Below are positions 38,470-53,205 of a stretch of DNA of 64,000 nt, piece after piece. The DNA is from Eledone cirrhosa (taxonomy: Eukaryota). The notes beneath the pieces are model-generated. The model made no database searches. It was not told the DNA's origin and saw nothing but the letters and a program-made list of their open reading frames with translations. Made by a program: the position numbers and the translations under genes. The DNA lies in the NCBI GenBank assembly GCA_964016885.1, contig OZ024741.1, positions 145,080,001-145,144,000 of the forward strand, in the 5' to 3' direction. Position 1 is the stretch's first letter; each line of letters opens with the position of its first letter.

Positions 38470-41400
38470 TTAAACAATTATTGGAAAATCATAGGGAGTG
38501 TCTTTCATTAAATATATTAGAAAGAAAGGGTTAAAGGGAAATCAACTTTTACAGTGTATTGACTCTTGTTAGAAATCATAGGTATAAGTGAGAGAAATGC
38601 AATGTATCAGCTGGGAATGAAATCTGTATACTGATGTAGCTTGTTAGGATCTTATACTCTTTTAGTGTTTTCACTGCACTAGAATATGAAGGTATCAATG
38701 CCCCAAGTTTTACAGTGCATTGTATTAGAATAATATATATTTAATATACTACTTACGCCGATATGTGTAAGTGGTATATTAATTGCATATTGCTCTATTT
38801 TGCTTGGGTATAGTAAAGTGCACTCAGTAGTCTCTGTAAAGTGTTTGGCATTAGGAAGGGCATCTAGTTGTAGAAATCAATGCCATAACTGGAACATATC
38901 TAAGCAAAGCAAACACAGCTCCCGGTCCATCTTGGAAGACAATGGATCTGTTAAGTATTGACACTATCTAACAACCTGTCCAACTCATGACAGTAAGGAA
39001 AAGTTGATGCTAAATGATATTGATGATTGCCCAACACACAATTGTTTATTCATGCAGTATGACTATTAAGTTTGCTTCACAGTCTAGCAGTTCCATGTTC
39101 AATTCCACTGCACAGCATCTTGGACAAGTGTTTTTTTACCATAGCTTTGGGTTGACTCAAACCTTGTGAGTGAAATGTGATAGAAAGAAACTGTTTGATG
39201 TATTGTCAGATGTATTGTTCTCATAATTCAAAGGGACAGTCTTGTCACACTGCATTATATTGAATCTCTCTGTGATTTATGTTAAAGGTGCATACGTCTG
39301 TGGAATACTTAACCACTTGCATATCAATTTCTCAATCAGATAAATTCACTGACCAAACAACTAGAACACTCATAATCAAATTGACTGAGGTCCATTTTTC
39401 TTTTATTACCTCTGAAATCAAAGTTAACCACAGGCTTTCATAAGTTTTCCATGCATACAAGAGACAGTTCTTTATTGTAAACTATTATGTGAGATTTGCA
39501 GACGGCTATATTGATTGTGTATGTGTGTGATTGTATATATATATATACGTATATATATATATTAATATGCTTGTGAATGTGTGTACATATATCAACATGT
39601 GTATGTGTGTAATAACCACTGGCAATGCTGATGGTTTGTATTTAGCTTTACTTCCAATTCCATAACCACCACTACACACTGTATTAGAAAACAATATATA
39701 AGTAAAATTAGTCATTGTCCAATATCAGTTTTTTAATTATTTTACTTTATTTTTTGTTCTTCTTTCTACACCATATATATTTCTATTAGTTTTTTTTTAA
39801 TGCTCCATGCATTAAATATGTTTACAGTAACATACCTATTGTTTTTCATGTGAATGGTGGCGTCTCTGAATTATTTAATCTCTAAAGAATTCTATTTACC
39901 TAGTCTAATAAATACACAATGCTTTGTGTGTTTACTTAGTGTGATTCATTCATCACTACATCTCTACTTCAGCAACTACAGTGAAGCCTATACTACTTCA
40001 CTGAGGACACAAAATGATGCTGACTACAATATGTCTGGAATTATCTTCTCTACTTGCTGGACAATGCAAATAACACCAGTCATTTATTAATGTCATATTT
40101 TTATTTCTATTTATTACAATGACACAGGAAAGAGAAAAGTGGAGGAAAACTATACTGGAATGAACTCATCTAACACATGCAAGAATGGAAAGAAAAGAGG
40201 ATGTAAAAATTAATAATGACGATGAGGATAAGGAACCCATATTTATATTGAGTTATATTTTAGAGTTTATCTGGTTTAGAATGGGTACAATGTAATCCTG
40301 CATGTTGTATGAACCAATTAGATGGGTTGAGGCAGGAAAGAACATTTGGCTATAAAACATTGCTTTACAATGAATCCATTAGTATGAGGCATTTCATGGG
40401 ACCTGGAAGGCTAACCCTTACTTTAATAGGAAAAATACCCAGAAAATGTCTGTGTTTTTATTGCTTCATGCAATTGTAATTATTAATTTATAATGGTAAA
40501 AACAATAGTAGTTTCATAAGGTGGTGTGCAAGTAAGAGAAAAATAAGGTCTCTTTAGTGATGCCCAGCTAACCAAAGCCTCTCTAGTACAGATAGGATGA
40601 TAAGATGCACAAAGTACACTCTGTAAAATAGTTGGCATTAAAAAGAAACCATGCTAAAATTAGAACATAAGAGTGTGATGTCATCCCTAAGATGTGTAGG
40701 ATGGCAGTGGTTCCAAAATATAATAGACTCAGCCTGAATCAACCCATCCAGCATATACCAGCATGGAAAATTCACTTACAATGATGATACTGTATGTATG
40801 TATATATAAATGTAACTTGGAATCCCAGTCAATCTGAGATGTAACATAACTTTTACTAGTCTACCAGTATTGAATTACCCTCTATCAGTAAATGTTTGTT
40901 GATGTTTAAAATACTATATGCCAATAACTAACATTAACATTTCTATATAAATGTATGTGCATGCATACATATGTGTATAATTATGTGTGTTTGTTTGTGA
41001 GTATGTATATGTGTGTGTGTGTATATATATATATATAATGTGTGTGTGTCTGTGTTGTTATTTTAGAAAGAAAATATTAAATATTATATAAAAAAAAAAA
41101 AGACAAACAAACCGGAATTGAAATGGAAAATATTGAAACCTAACAAGTTGGAAAAGGAAACTCAAAATTGGTAAACTGATAGATTAATGAGCCATGAATT
41201 TCAACATTCTGCAACAGATAAAGGGTAAAGCTTATGTTTTCCTTCAGAGCAATGCTAGGATTGTTTTGTTGTAGCGCTTCTTTTTTTGGGGTGGGGTGGG
41301 GTAGGGGGTGGGGGCTGACTCTCTCTTTTTTTTTCTTTTTCTTTTTCTTTTGTACAGCTAGATGCTTTTACTCTCTACTAAGAAACCAATTAAAAGCTTG

Positions 41401-42477
41401 ACTGAAGAAACTGTTTATCGAACAAAATTTTCCCTGAAGTGTTTATTACAGTTAACCTTAACTAATACCATTGCTGTTATATGAAGAAACAGTAAAGCAC
41501 CAATTAACCATACATTGTTCACTCACATGACAGAGTATCAATGAATTTACTTAAGATCATAGCCAAAACTTTCTCAAATGACAGTCTACCAACTTTAAAA
41601 ATTGAAGGGCACATTGAATAATGAAATTCTTAAATCTTTGGGCCCGCAACTTCTGTTGGAGATTTAGGAGTTTCATTGTGACATCGAAATTTGGTGTGAC
41701 AGACAATCTCTTCCAGGAAGAAAGAAAATCAGAGACAGAGATAAAGAATTGACACCATTATTTACTGACTTTAAAGTGATGAAAGATAAAATCAATCTTG
41801 GCAAGATTTGAATTTATTGCATAGAGAACAGGAATAAATACCACAAAGCATTTTATCTGATCAGACCAATCACCAATTTAATGTTTAATTCTTAGATACA
41901 CAAGTCTGAAATAAGTTGAAAAAAGGTGAAAGAAACAGATAATCACATCTAGAGCATCTTTGATCATAGGCCTGCTAAATTATGAAACACCTGATATTGA
42001 ACCATCGAAAAGAGTTGTAGAAGAGCTCTGCTCATCATCATCATTATCTTACTATATTTCTTTTCTTTTGAAAAAGATGATAAAAGTATAAACTGTTGTT
42101 TTGTTTATCTTACTTTGCTCTAGTTTCACTCATATATGCATTGTAACAGCTTTTCTAAAACATCCTAACCATATATATATATATATATAGTTGATTCCAC
42201 AACAATTACCATAACCATAATTGAGAACACACATTTCACCTAAAGAGGATTTTCATCTCGTGTTTGGTTGTGTCGTGAACGGAAGTATCTTTAAATTGGA
42301 TGGATTCTGTGCAGAACTGGGTCCTTCCAGTTACGTAACAAAAATTTTGTGGCATAGGACAGTAGTAGAAAAAATTGGCTCTTATGTTAAGGCAAGTATT
42401 CTTATGTAACCTCTGTAAGATATTTTATCTTTCATTGGAGCACAATACGTGGCTTGCTATATATATATATATATATT

Positions 42478-42632
42478 ATTTCGAGTCGGAACCAGATGAT
42501 GAGTGCTCGCTGTTTCAACAGCTAGTTCCAGACGGGTCCTGACTCTTTATTATATAACCATACTCTACTACCCTAAGTATCAAGTACTCTGTTGAGTAAT
42601 GGTCTCACCAGTTTCAAACTGAATCCATCCTG

Positions 42633-42635
<3 letters not shown>
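42478..42635 (+). mobile_element. PLE-like terminal fragment related to family E, degenerate HHR-like fold
   Basis: GAGTCGG...ATGATGAG...CTGACTC closing stem; tail CTCTACTACCCTAAGTAT; in (TA)n. Confidence 0.4.
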
Positions 42636-42666
<31 letters not shown>

Positions 42667-42714
42667 CATATATATACATATATATAAAGCATATATACAC
42701 AGAGCACCCAACCT

Positions 42715-43025
42715 CCCATGGGTACAAGCTGAAGCATATAGACAATATGCCCCCACACCCTCCCACTGCAAAGTGGTCGTGGAGGTGCCACGGCAAAAAA
42801 GCACCCAGCCCACATTGTAAAGTGGACGTGTAGCACCCAGCACTCACTGTAAATGAGCTTGGTGTTAGGAAGGGCATCCAGCTGTAGAAATCAAGCCAAA
42901 ATCAGTTCCTGTATGAGCAAGGCATGGTCAGCCGACCAGACACTGCCCACAACAGGACAACGCGTCTAACCCATGCTAGCATGGAAGAACGGACGTAAAA
43001 TGGTGATGGTGATGATGTGATGATG
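42715..43025 (+). mobile_element. RTE-B 3'UTR
   Basis: Reverse complement of 31454-31760. Confidence 0.8.
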
Positions 43026-43362
43026 ATATATATATTTTTTTTTATATCGTCATCATGATGTAACATCTATTTTCCATGCTAGCATGGGTTAGATAGGTTG
43101 TCCTATTCGAGGCAAGTCATGTCAGATGACTAGGTCTTGCTCATACAGACAGTTTCTGGCTTGGTTTCTATGGCTGGATCCCAACTACATCTATAGTGTG
43201 GACTGGGTGCTTTTGTTGCGACACATACACGACCACTTTACAGAGAATACTAAATGTTTTTTGTAATGATGCCTTCAAAATCACTTTACAGTGTGGATTG
43301 GGCACTTTTGGCTGTGTCATCCACACGACCACTTTACAGTGTAGACTGATATATATATATAT

Positions 43363-46300
43363 ATCATCATCATCATCATCAACGTTTAACGTCCGTGTTC
43401 CACGCTTGCATGGGTTTGGACGGGGGTAGTCCCACTTGAGGCAAGAGTGATTGTCTTGCTCGCATAGGACTGTCTGGCAGGTTTTCTACAGCTGGATGCC
43501 CTTCCTAACACCAACCACATTTACAGTGTGGGTCTGGGGGGTTTTTACCGTGTTGCCTACACGGCCACATTACAGCGTGGACTGTGTGTTTTTTTGTCGT
43601 GACACCTACACGATCTCATTTGTTTCGGCCTGGATGGCGCGGCACCAACATAACTTTACATAGAACGGGGTGGTGTGGATGGGGTGGGGGTGGTGGCGGA
43701 ACGGGGTGTATTTTGTTAGAGATGCCTACTGGCAAGGCGGGTCTTCTCTGTTACTGAGTACCACCAAAGGTCTCGGTCCAGTGACATTGTCTTGGAGAGG
43801 TGTAAGTGTGTGAGGTCGGAGTTTATCAGCTCGTCCCAGGTTTTTCTAGGTCTGCCTATTCCGTGGCTACCGTCTATCTTTATTGCCCTGCACTTTGTTA
43901 TACAGCTATTGACTTTCATGCGCATCACGTGTCCATACCAACGTAGCCTTCTCTCGAGTAAACAACATCTGAACCCTCTTATCTCTAATTTTTTCCTTAG
44001 TTCGTTTATGCTTTGCCGTTCACGTATATTACTGTTACACATCCAGCGGAGCATGCAAGCTTCGTTCCTCTCTAGTCTGCGTATATCCTCTGCACACAAT
44101 GCCCAGGTCTCACTGCCATGCAACATTGCTGTTCGTATGCAGGCATCGTACAACCTGCCTTTCATTTTTAGGGAGAACCCTTTAGCAGCTAATAGTGGTA
44201 TAAGCTCTCTGAACTTTTTCCAACCAGTTCTGACTCTAGCTACAGTACTTTCAGAGCACCCTCCCCCACTGCTGATTTTATCGCCCAGGTAACGGAAGCT
44301 GTCCACTATTTCTATAGAACCCTCTGCGCAATTGAAAGAGCTAGTATTTTGTGGGCACTTGCTGCTACTTATTGCACCAGAACACCGGCCACATGTAAAA
44401 TCTATGTTCTTAGTTAGCTTACCTGTGATCCCACTACATCTTTTATGCACCCATACTTTGCATTTAGGACATAAAATGGAGTTTCTACCTACGCCTTTCC
44501 TACACACTGAGCACGACCATTTCCCAGAAGGGACCGCCGCCTTGTTTTCTTTCCTACAAACTAGAACTTTGGTCTTAGCCAGGTTAATTTTAAGTCCTTT
44601 TGACTCTAGGCCGTGCTTCCATGTTTGGAATTTCTTCTCTAGCTCGGCCATTGATTCCGCTATGAGTGTCAGGTCGTCTGCGTATAGGAGTTCCCATGGG
44701 CAGCCTGTCTTGAACTCCTCTGTTATAGCCTGAAGGGCAATAATAAATAGTAGGGGGCTGAGAACAGAGCCCTGATGGACGCCAACTTTTACGCTAAACT
44801 TTTCACTATATTCGTTGTTAATTCTAACCTTGCTGACTGTTTCTTTATACATGGCTTGTATAGCCCTCACAAGCCATTCGTCAACGCCTAGTTTTCTAAG
44901 AGCCTACCAGATAATGGAGCGGGGGACTCTGTCGAAGGCTTTCTCCAGGTCGACAAAAGCTAAGTAGAGGGGTTTACCTTTAGCAAGGTACTTCTCCTGT
45001 AGTTGTCGTACTATGAAAAGAGCGTCTGTGGTGCTTTTGCCTGACACAAACCCGAACTGCATTTCATCTAGGTCAATTCTCTCGCTGATTAGTTGCGCTA
45101 TTACTTTTTCCGTGACCTTCATGACCTGGTCGATTAATTTAATGCCTCTATAGTTACTCCTATCTAGGGCGTCTCCTTTACCCTTATAACAGTTAACGAT
45201 GATGCTGCTATGCCAGTCCTTCGGAACAACCCCATTCTGTACGACTTGGTTAACTATGCGGGTGACCATGGTGTGTCCCACCGTGCCAGATGCCTTCAGC
45301 ATCTCAGCAACTATTTCCGAAGGCCCAGCCGCCTTACCCGTCTTCATATCCTTGATTGCCTTACTTATTATACTCCCCTCGACTAACACTGCTGGTCCCT
45401 CTATTGGGTCGATATGGGGGAGACTGTCTTTCTCCCATTTATTCTCCTCATTTAGTAGCCTTTCATAGTGACACTTCCAAGCTACCTTCTTATCAGTGTC
45501 GGTGATGGCAAGTATGCCATCATCATTAAGTACACACTTCTCCCCGACAATATCACGGTTTTCCTTGACGCATTGCCTAGCAATCCTGAACACCTCACGT
45601 GTTTGGTCATCGCGTTGTAGAACATGCTTGAACTTTCTTTCCTCAGCTTCCCTTCTTGCTAAGTACACTTCTCTCCTAGCTTCCCTCCTGGCCACTTGAT
45701 AGTCTACTCTACTTCCCCCATCCCGCCATACTTTCCAAGCCTGCTTTTTGGCCTTAATTGACCCCTCCACCTTACTGTTCCACCACCATGTTACTCTCCT
45801 CCTGCCTACAGGCCTGCTCCAGCCACAGACTTCGTCTGTCGCCAACAGCAGGTTTGCTTTCAGAAATTCCCACTGTCCCTCTATATTGTCCGACTCTAGA
45901 TGCTCTTCCTTACTGTCGAAAGCATCAAGTAATATGCTTTGAAATTTATTTCTGGCTGTGGGGTCCTTTAGCTTCCATATTTTCCTCCTGAGGATAGTCC
46001 TCTTCTGCTGTCGAGTACGTCTCGTCCTGACTATGAGGTCGCTAATTATCAGTCTATGTTGGGAGGTGCATTCTTCATGGGGGAGGGATTTAGTGTTTAC
46101 AACAGACACTCTGTCACGTCTTCTGGTAAGGATATAATCTACCTGGCTTGTGTGTTCCCCGGATCTATAGGTGATCAGGTGATTGTCACGTTTTTTGAAG
46201 TTAGTGTTACAGATAGTTAGGTTATTTGCATCACAGAATTCCAGGATTCTGGAGCCTTCCTCATTTCTAGTACCAAACCCATAGCCTCCATGGATTTCGT

Positions 46301-46742
46301 CGTAGCCGTCACAATGTTGTCCAATGTGACCATTTAGGTCGCCTGCAATAATTATATAGTCACTGTCAGATATTTGGGAGGTAGTTAGCAACAGTGTCTC
46401 ATAGAATCTGTCTTTTATAGTGCCGGGCAGTCCGGATTGGGGTGCGTACGCAGATATTACTGTCACCGTAGTTCTATTGAGGACAAGTCGTATTTTAATT
46501 ATTCTGTCGTTCACTCTATTTACGTCTATTATCTTATCTACCCACTTTTCTGCTACCATGATTCCTACTCCACCCAGCCCATCGTCGTTTCCCACCCAGA
46601 AAAGCTTATAACATCGTTTTTTACCCTCAATGAATCTAGCAGACCCACCCCTCCACCTGGTCTCTTGAATACAACAAACATCGACCTCCTTACGTTCAAG
46701 CATTTCTACAACCTCGTTAGCGCGACCCTTTAGGGTGCCTAA
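43363..46742 (-). mobile_element. RTE-clade LINE, youngest and most complete copy; ORF interrupted by one in-frame TAG
   Basis: ORFs 44904..46835 (APE + RT N-term) and 43716..44870 (RT, PHD-like, C-term) are in the same frame; ATC TGG TAG GCT versus ATC TGG TGG GC in sister copies. Confidence 0.96.
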
Positions 46743-48002
46743 TATGATTATATTCGGAAAAGATGAGAAAAAAATTACATATTTACTTTCATGTTCCATC
46801 CTCAGTTTTGCTGAGTAATTGCAGTTGTTTTGCACTGTGAGAAATCTCAGTTCATTTTCTTATCTTGTTTACTTATCTGTGGAAGATGGACGTTAAACGA
46901 TGATGATGATGATGATGATGATGATGATACCATAAAAGAACTTTCCCAGCTTACTCTGTAAGGTCGTTGTGTTGCAATTATCGAAAATAGATGTTAAACA
47001 CTGATGATATGTGCGTATATATATACACACACAAACACACATGACAGGCTTCCTTATGGTGCTGTCTATCAAATTCTCCATAAAGGCATTGGTCAATCCA
47101 ATGCTAGAGTGTAATAGATGGGACTTGCCAATTGCCATGCTAAGGGATAGAACTGAAAACCACGTGATTACAAAGTGATCTTCTTAACCACACAGCCATG
47201 CCTATGAATAACAGTATAATTACTGGCTAATCTGTTGATCCATTCTTTATAAAAGAATGGCTGGTTTTCTGTTTGTTTGTTTCCTTTATACAAAGCAGAA
47301 GAGATCACTGCTTTATAGAACATCAGTTATGAATTGAGACAGAGAATTTCACATAGATTATAAATATAATTTGTTTATTCCTAGAATCATTTGGTTCAAT
47401 ACAGCTACAAATCCTAGTTGAGCTTTCTTTAAATGATTCTATTATGAATGAATATTAGATATGTCTCAAAGATGTTTTTGTACTGTAAATAGATTTTACT
47501 ATTGAACTGAATCAAGTAAAAGAAACATGCAGTCAGAATTCCCGTTTGGAAAACAAATCAACTTAATAATATACACATACACATGTGTGTGTATCTGTAT
47601 AATATATATACAAATATATTCAACAGCAGCAGAAGCCACAGCACCAAAATCCTTCTTTCAACAGACACGTTTGCTATGAGTGGAGAGAGGCAAAATGCAA
47701 CAATGGGGCAGGCTGTGTTAGAAAGACCCATGCTATCATGGAAAACATCGCCATGAAATAAAATAATTGTTTCTATTTTTGGCACAAAGCCAACAATTTG
47801 AAGGGAAGGGAGAAGTCGGTTAAATCAAACCAGTGCATTACTGGTACTTTATTTTATCGACCCTGTAAAGATGAAAGGAAAAGAAGACCAAATTAGCTTT
47901 TTAAATACCAACTCACCTGAAACTGCCCTGCATTTTATGAACAAACCGCATTTTAAAATAATCATACTTATACTTCCATCATTATTTCATTTAAGAAATT
48001 TA

Positions 48003-48193
48003 GGGCGGTGGATTGGCAGTATCGGTAGAGGCTCGGACGCCATGCTTTGACGCATAGAGTTACGGCCCTTGCCATTCTGAGTTCAAATCCCGCCGAGGTT
48101 AACTTTGCCTTTCATCCTTACGGGGTCGATAAAATAAAGTACCAGTAATACACTGGGTAATTTCTGGCCTTGTGCCAAACGTAGAAACAATTA
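48003..48193 (+). mobile_element. SINE family A with about 21-bp TSD
   Basis: ATTATTTCATTTAAGAAATTT on both sides. Confidence 0.9.
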
Positions 48194-49295
48194 TTTCATT
48201 TAAGAAATTTTTGTTAAGTAATGTTTCAAACATTAAATTAATTATTTCATTTAATTCTTCAAATCTTAAAAATTAATTGATATACATAGGCAGCATATTT
48301 CATTAGAAATATGGTAACAAGATGTACTGGTAATGGAGTACTTAATAATCTGTAGACTGTAGAATTTATATATTTTACTGAAGCTGTTATTCTATGACAC
48401 TACCAGTACTTCCTTTAACATCACTACTGCAACAACAACCACTGCCAATACCCACACCATCAATACTGCTATCACTAATACCAACGCAATCACCAATACT
48501 ACCACAGCTGCATAAACACAACCACTAGCACCAACGCCATTAATAAAGAGGGATCCTCTAATTAATCATTTAACCTTCTAGAAATAATAGTTAAATCCAT
48601 TTTAAAAATGAATTTAACCATAGACCAATGCAGTCCCTGATTTACAATCAAACAAACATATTGGACACTGTCTTCAAGGAATTGAATCAATCATATCGAC
48701 CCTTGAACTTATTTTTTTTAAAGTCTGGTACTTTTCTCATTGATCTGTATTTGTTGAATTGCTAACATACAGGACATAAACAAACAGCACTGACAAAACA
48801 GAGACACAGACAAATGTTTCCATTTACAAAAATCTACACATGGCATTTGTCAATCTGGGGCTGTAATAGAAGACACCTGCCCAAGGTGTCACACAGTGGG
48901 ACCAAACATGAAACTACGAGGTTGCAAAGCAAACAACTTAACCACACAACCTTACCTGCAGCTATATAAGTCAATATAAAAATTATCTTTCTTTCATCAA
49001 TAATTGTAGTAAAACCAATATTTATATAAAGTCGATATGTAAATTTGTAGCACAAGCAAACACATGAAAGCTAAGTAGAATAGACAGCAACATATTATTA
49101 AAACAACAGAATATATGAGAGATTCTTCTTTTTATACATTTTGTGGTATAAAGTATTGTTCCAAATATATACTCAATATTCAAGTATATACTGCATAAAT
49201 GTGTGTGTGTGAGTGTGTGTAGGTGTGTGAGTGTGTGTATAAATATATACATACACATATATATACATATACATCTATCTATTTATATATATATA

Positions 49296-49336
<41 letters not shown>

Positions 49337-49539
49337 TATTTGTATATACATTGTGTGTCAGAGCATGAGTATGTCTTAGTATTTGTGTATCTATATGCAT
49401 GTAAATGTGCAATGTAGATGCATGTATATCTGTTTGTGTGCATGCGTGTGTTCAAGTATAATTTATTATTAATAGCATAACATTCACAAAGTAGCAAACA
49501 GCCATAAAACACGAACACACACTATTATTTAGCTTTCAG

Positions 49540-49731
49540 TGGCGGGGGATTGGCAGTATTGGTAGAGGGTCAGACGCCATGCTTTGACGCATAGAGTTAC
49601 GGCCCTTGCCATTCTGAGTTCAAATCCCGCCGAGGTTAACTTTGCCTTTCATCCTTACGGGGTCGATAAAATAAAGTACCAGTAATACACTGGGTAATTG
49701 CTGGCCTTGTGCCAAAAGTAGAAACAATTAT
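49540..49731 (+). mobile_element. SINE family A
   Basis: Full match; imperfect TSD ATTATTT..CTTTCAGTG. Confidence 0.88.
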
Positions 49732-50086
49732 TTAACTTTCAGTGAAATTAGAGATACATGAAATAAATTTATCACTGGCTAAATAATTCTGTTCTATGAT
49801 GAAAATATAATATAATTTGTCCTAAGCCTGGTGGTTCATCAGGCCAGTGGTTACACATGTTTCACTGGGATTAAGAGACATGGTACACAAACGATTCATC
49901 CAGCATAGGGTTAACTCCCAGCTTTTGTTGTTACACATTTTCAGCTGAGCTGACTAGAGAAACATCAAATAAAGAACACGAAGTGCCACATTCAAAGAAT
50001 TGCACCTATGATATTCCGATTGAAAATTGCAAACCCTATCTATTAGACGATGGGCCTTTATTATCTATACTATGATATCACATATA

Positions 50087-50433
50087 TATCATCATCATCA
50101 TCATCATCATTTTACGTCCACTTTTCCTTGCTTGCAAGGGTGGGACGGGAACTGATTCTGGCTTGATTTCTACAGCTGGATGCCCTTCCTAACACCAACC
50201 TCATTTACAGTGAGTGCTGGGTGCTTTTTTTGCCGTGGCACCTCCACGACCACTTTGCAGTGGAATGATAGGGACCCCAGTCCCTATCATCTCATTTCTA
50301 CAGCTGAGTGAACTGGAACAATGTGAAATAAAGTGTCTTGCTCAAGGACACAACACATCACCCGGTCTGAGAATTGAACTCACAACCTTTCGATTGCAAG
50401 GCCAATGCTCTAACCACTAAGCCATATGCCTCC
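50087..50433 (-). mobile_element. SINE family B, full length
   Basis: Family match. Confidence 0.88.
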
Positions 50434-50564
50434 ATATATATATATATATATATATACATACATGTAGGAGCTGAGTTTTATTGTAGTACAATAAAGCAAA
50501 TGGATATGTTGATTTAAAACTGCACTATTCACAAGTGTGTTTTAACCTTCATATCATGTCTCCC

Positions 50565-50635
50565 TATTTTATCTGACGAAAACGCAAATGTTATTGCATG
50601 ATGATATTTGTTTTTGAAATGCGCATAATAAAATA
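50565..50635 (+). ncRNA. Type I hammerhead ribozyme (family B, within single copy 50464-50672)
   Basis: TATTTTAT-CTGACGA-stem II-GAAA-TGCGCA-TA-ATAAAATA; 8-bp stem I. Confidence 0.8.
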
Positions 50636-50688
50636 CATGGAACTCTTTTAACCATCTTTTGATCTTATATATTATTATATATATATAC

Positions 50689-50778
<90 letters not shown>

Positions 50779-50779
50779 G

Positions 50780-50810
<31 letters not shown>

Positions 50811-50902
50811 GTATATATATATATATATGTATATATATGTATATATATGTATATATATATATATAACAGATGTGAGAAAAACCACAGACCCTCCATCTCA
50901 AC

Positions 50903-50936
50903 TTTGAAAAGCAGAAGAACTGCGAAACCGGTAAAG
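50903..50936 (+). ncRNA. Minimal HHR core, U3-A8 variant; stem I mostly missing
   Basis: TTGAAAA-GCAG AAGAA CTGC-GAAAC-CG-GTA. Confidence 0.5.
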
Positions 50937-51087
50937 GAACCAAATAAATATATATATTTAAAAAAAAAATAAGACTCCAGTTGCATTTTCGATTTCATCT
51001 TTTTTTCTTTATACTTTCACTCTCATGTAGGACACCTCGGTTATTTTTCATTTTGTAAAAAAAACCTCACTTTCTAATATAAGGCGG

Positions 51088-51690
51088 GTAATAGAGAAGA
51101 CCCGCCTTACCTAAATACAAAGTAAAACCTACTACAGTCAGTAGGCACCTCTAACAAAATACACCCCCGTCCCACCACCCCCACCCCATCCACACCGCCC
51201 CTTTCAATGTAAAGTTATGTTGGTGCCACAACATCCAGGCCGAAACAAATGAGATCGTGTAGGTGTCACGACAAAAAAACACACAGTCCACGCTGTGATG
51301 TGGCCGTGTAGGCAACACGGTAAAAACCTCCCAGCTCCACACTGTAAATGTGGTTGGTGTTAGGAAGGGCATCCAGCTGTAGAAAACCTGCCAGACAGTC
51401 CACGCTGTAATGTGGCCGTGTAGGCAACACGGTAAAAACCTCCCAGCCCCACACTGTAAATGTGGTTGGTGTTAGGAAGGGCATCCAGCTGTAGAAAACC
51501 CGCCAGACAGTCCTATGCGAGCAAGACAATCACTCTTGCCTCAAGTGGGAAAATCCCCGTCCAAACCCATGCAAGCGTGGAACACGGACGTTAAACGTTG
51601 ATGGTGATGATGATGATGATATATATATATATATATATATCATCAAGCGTGGAACACGGACGTTAAACGTTGATGGTGATGATGATGATG
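51088..51690 (+). mobile_element. RTE 3'UTR with internal about 111-bp tandem duplication and re-duplicated 3' tip
   Basis: Unit starting CAGTCCACGCTG repeated at about 51285 and 51396; CAAGCGTGGAACACGGACGTTAAACG repeated at 51643. Confidence 0.85.
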
Positions 51691-51697
51691 ATATATA

Positions 51698-52253
<556 letters not shown>

Positions 52254-52636
52254 GGATGCACATGGCTTAGTGGTTAGAGTATTGGGCTTGCAATCGAAAG
52301 GTTGTGAGTTCAATTTTCAGACAGGGTGATGTGTTGTTTCCTTGAGCAAGACACTTTATTTCACATTGCTCCAGTTTACTCAGCTGTAGAAATGAGATGA
52401 TAGGACTAGGGGTCCCTATCATTCCACTGCAAAGTAGTCGTGGAAGTGCCACGGCATAAAAGCACCCAGCCCACACTGTAAAGTTGACATGTAGGCGCCA
52501 TGGAAATAAAGCACCCGGCACTCACTGTAAATGAGGTTGGTGTTAGGAAAGGCATCCAGCTGTAGAAATCAAGCCAGAATCAGTTCCCATCCCACCCTTG
52601 CAAGCAGGGAAAAGCGGACGTAAAATGATGATGATG
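52254..52636 (+). mobile_element. SINE family B, full length
   Basis: Family match. Confidence 0.87.
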
Positions 52637-53155
52637 ACAACAAGGCTAAGTTAGCCATGTGGTGCCCCAAGAGAAGCATCACTGCTTTTTCCTATCAACT
52701 GCACCCACCCTCATATGCAGTCTTAAAGAGAGGATTTCAACAAGATCATGTAGTGAGAGCTATAGTTTTTGTAGTAGTCTCTCATTGCATAAAGTTTCAT
52801 TGAATATTCTACTCGAGCTACAGAGTCATTCATATATATATATTTGCTTTTGAGGAAGATGGTGAGAAGAATCTAGAATATTGGGACTAGCAATAGATGG
52901 TGACATATATATATTGATTTACCATCATCAATAAACCCTCTGAAACGATCGTAAATCAATAAATTAATTAAGAACCTATCTTGACTTTTGATTTATTTTC
53001 ATTTTTCAATACACACACACACACATATAATCTGAGTTTTTTGAATATTAATAACAACATTCGATTTGTTTGCAATTATGCAAACAAGCCTCATTGTTAA
53101 AGCCATGTCAGTAGAATGAACACTCTATTTTTGCTCTTGTGTTGGCATGTAAACA

Positions 53156-53205
53156 GAACTGCAGATACTAATGTTTCTGGGTATCACCCTTCATCAGTAC
53201 AGCTC
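53156..53205 (-). ncRNA. Hammerhead-like motif (family I)
   Basis: Reverse complement GAGCTGTA-CTGATGA-AGGGT GAT ACCCA-GAAAC-ATTA-GTA-TC-TGCAGTTC; imperfect junctions. Confidence 0.5.

Noticed and set aside
41340-41460. Strong plus-strand acceptor TTTTGTACAG
   Set aside because: All three frames close quickly and no convincing donor follows
43185-43350. About 38-bp spaced repeats (ACGACCACTTTACAG) resembling a CRISPR array
   Set aside because: Degenerate tandem units of an RTE 3'UTR in eukaryotic DNA; no unique spacers or cas genes
46743-46835. N-terminal extension of the 643-aa ORF
   Set aside because: Appears to be flanking DNA read in frame; RTE similarity begins at GTLKGR
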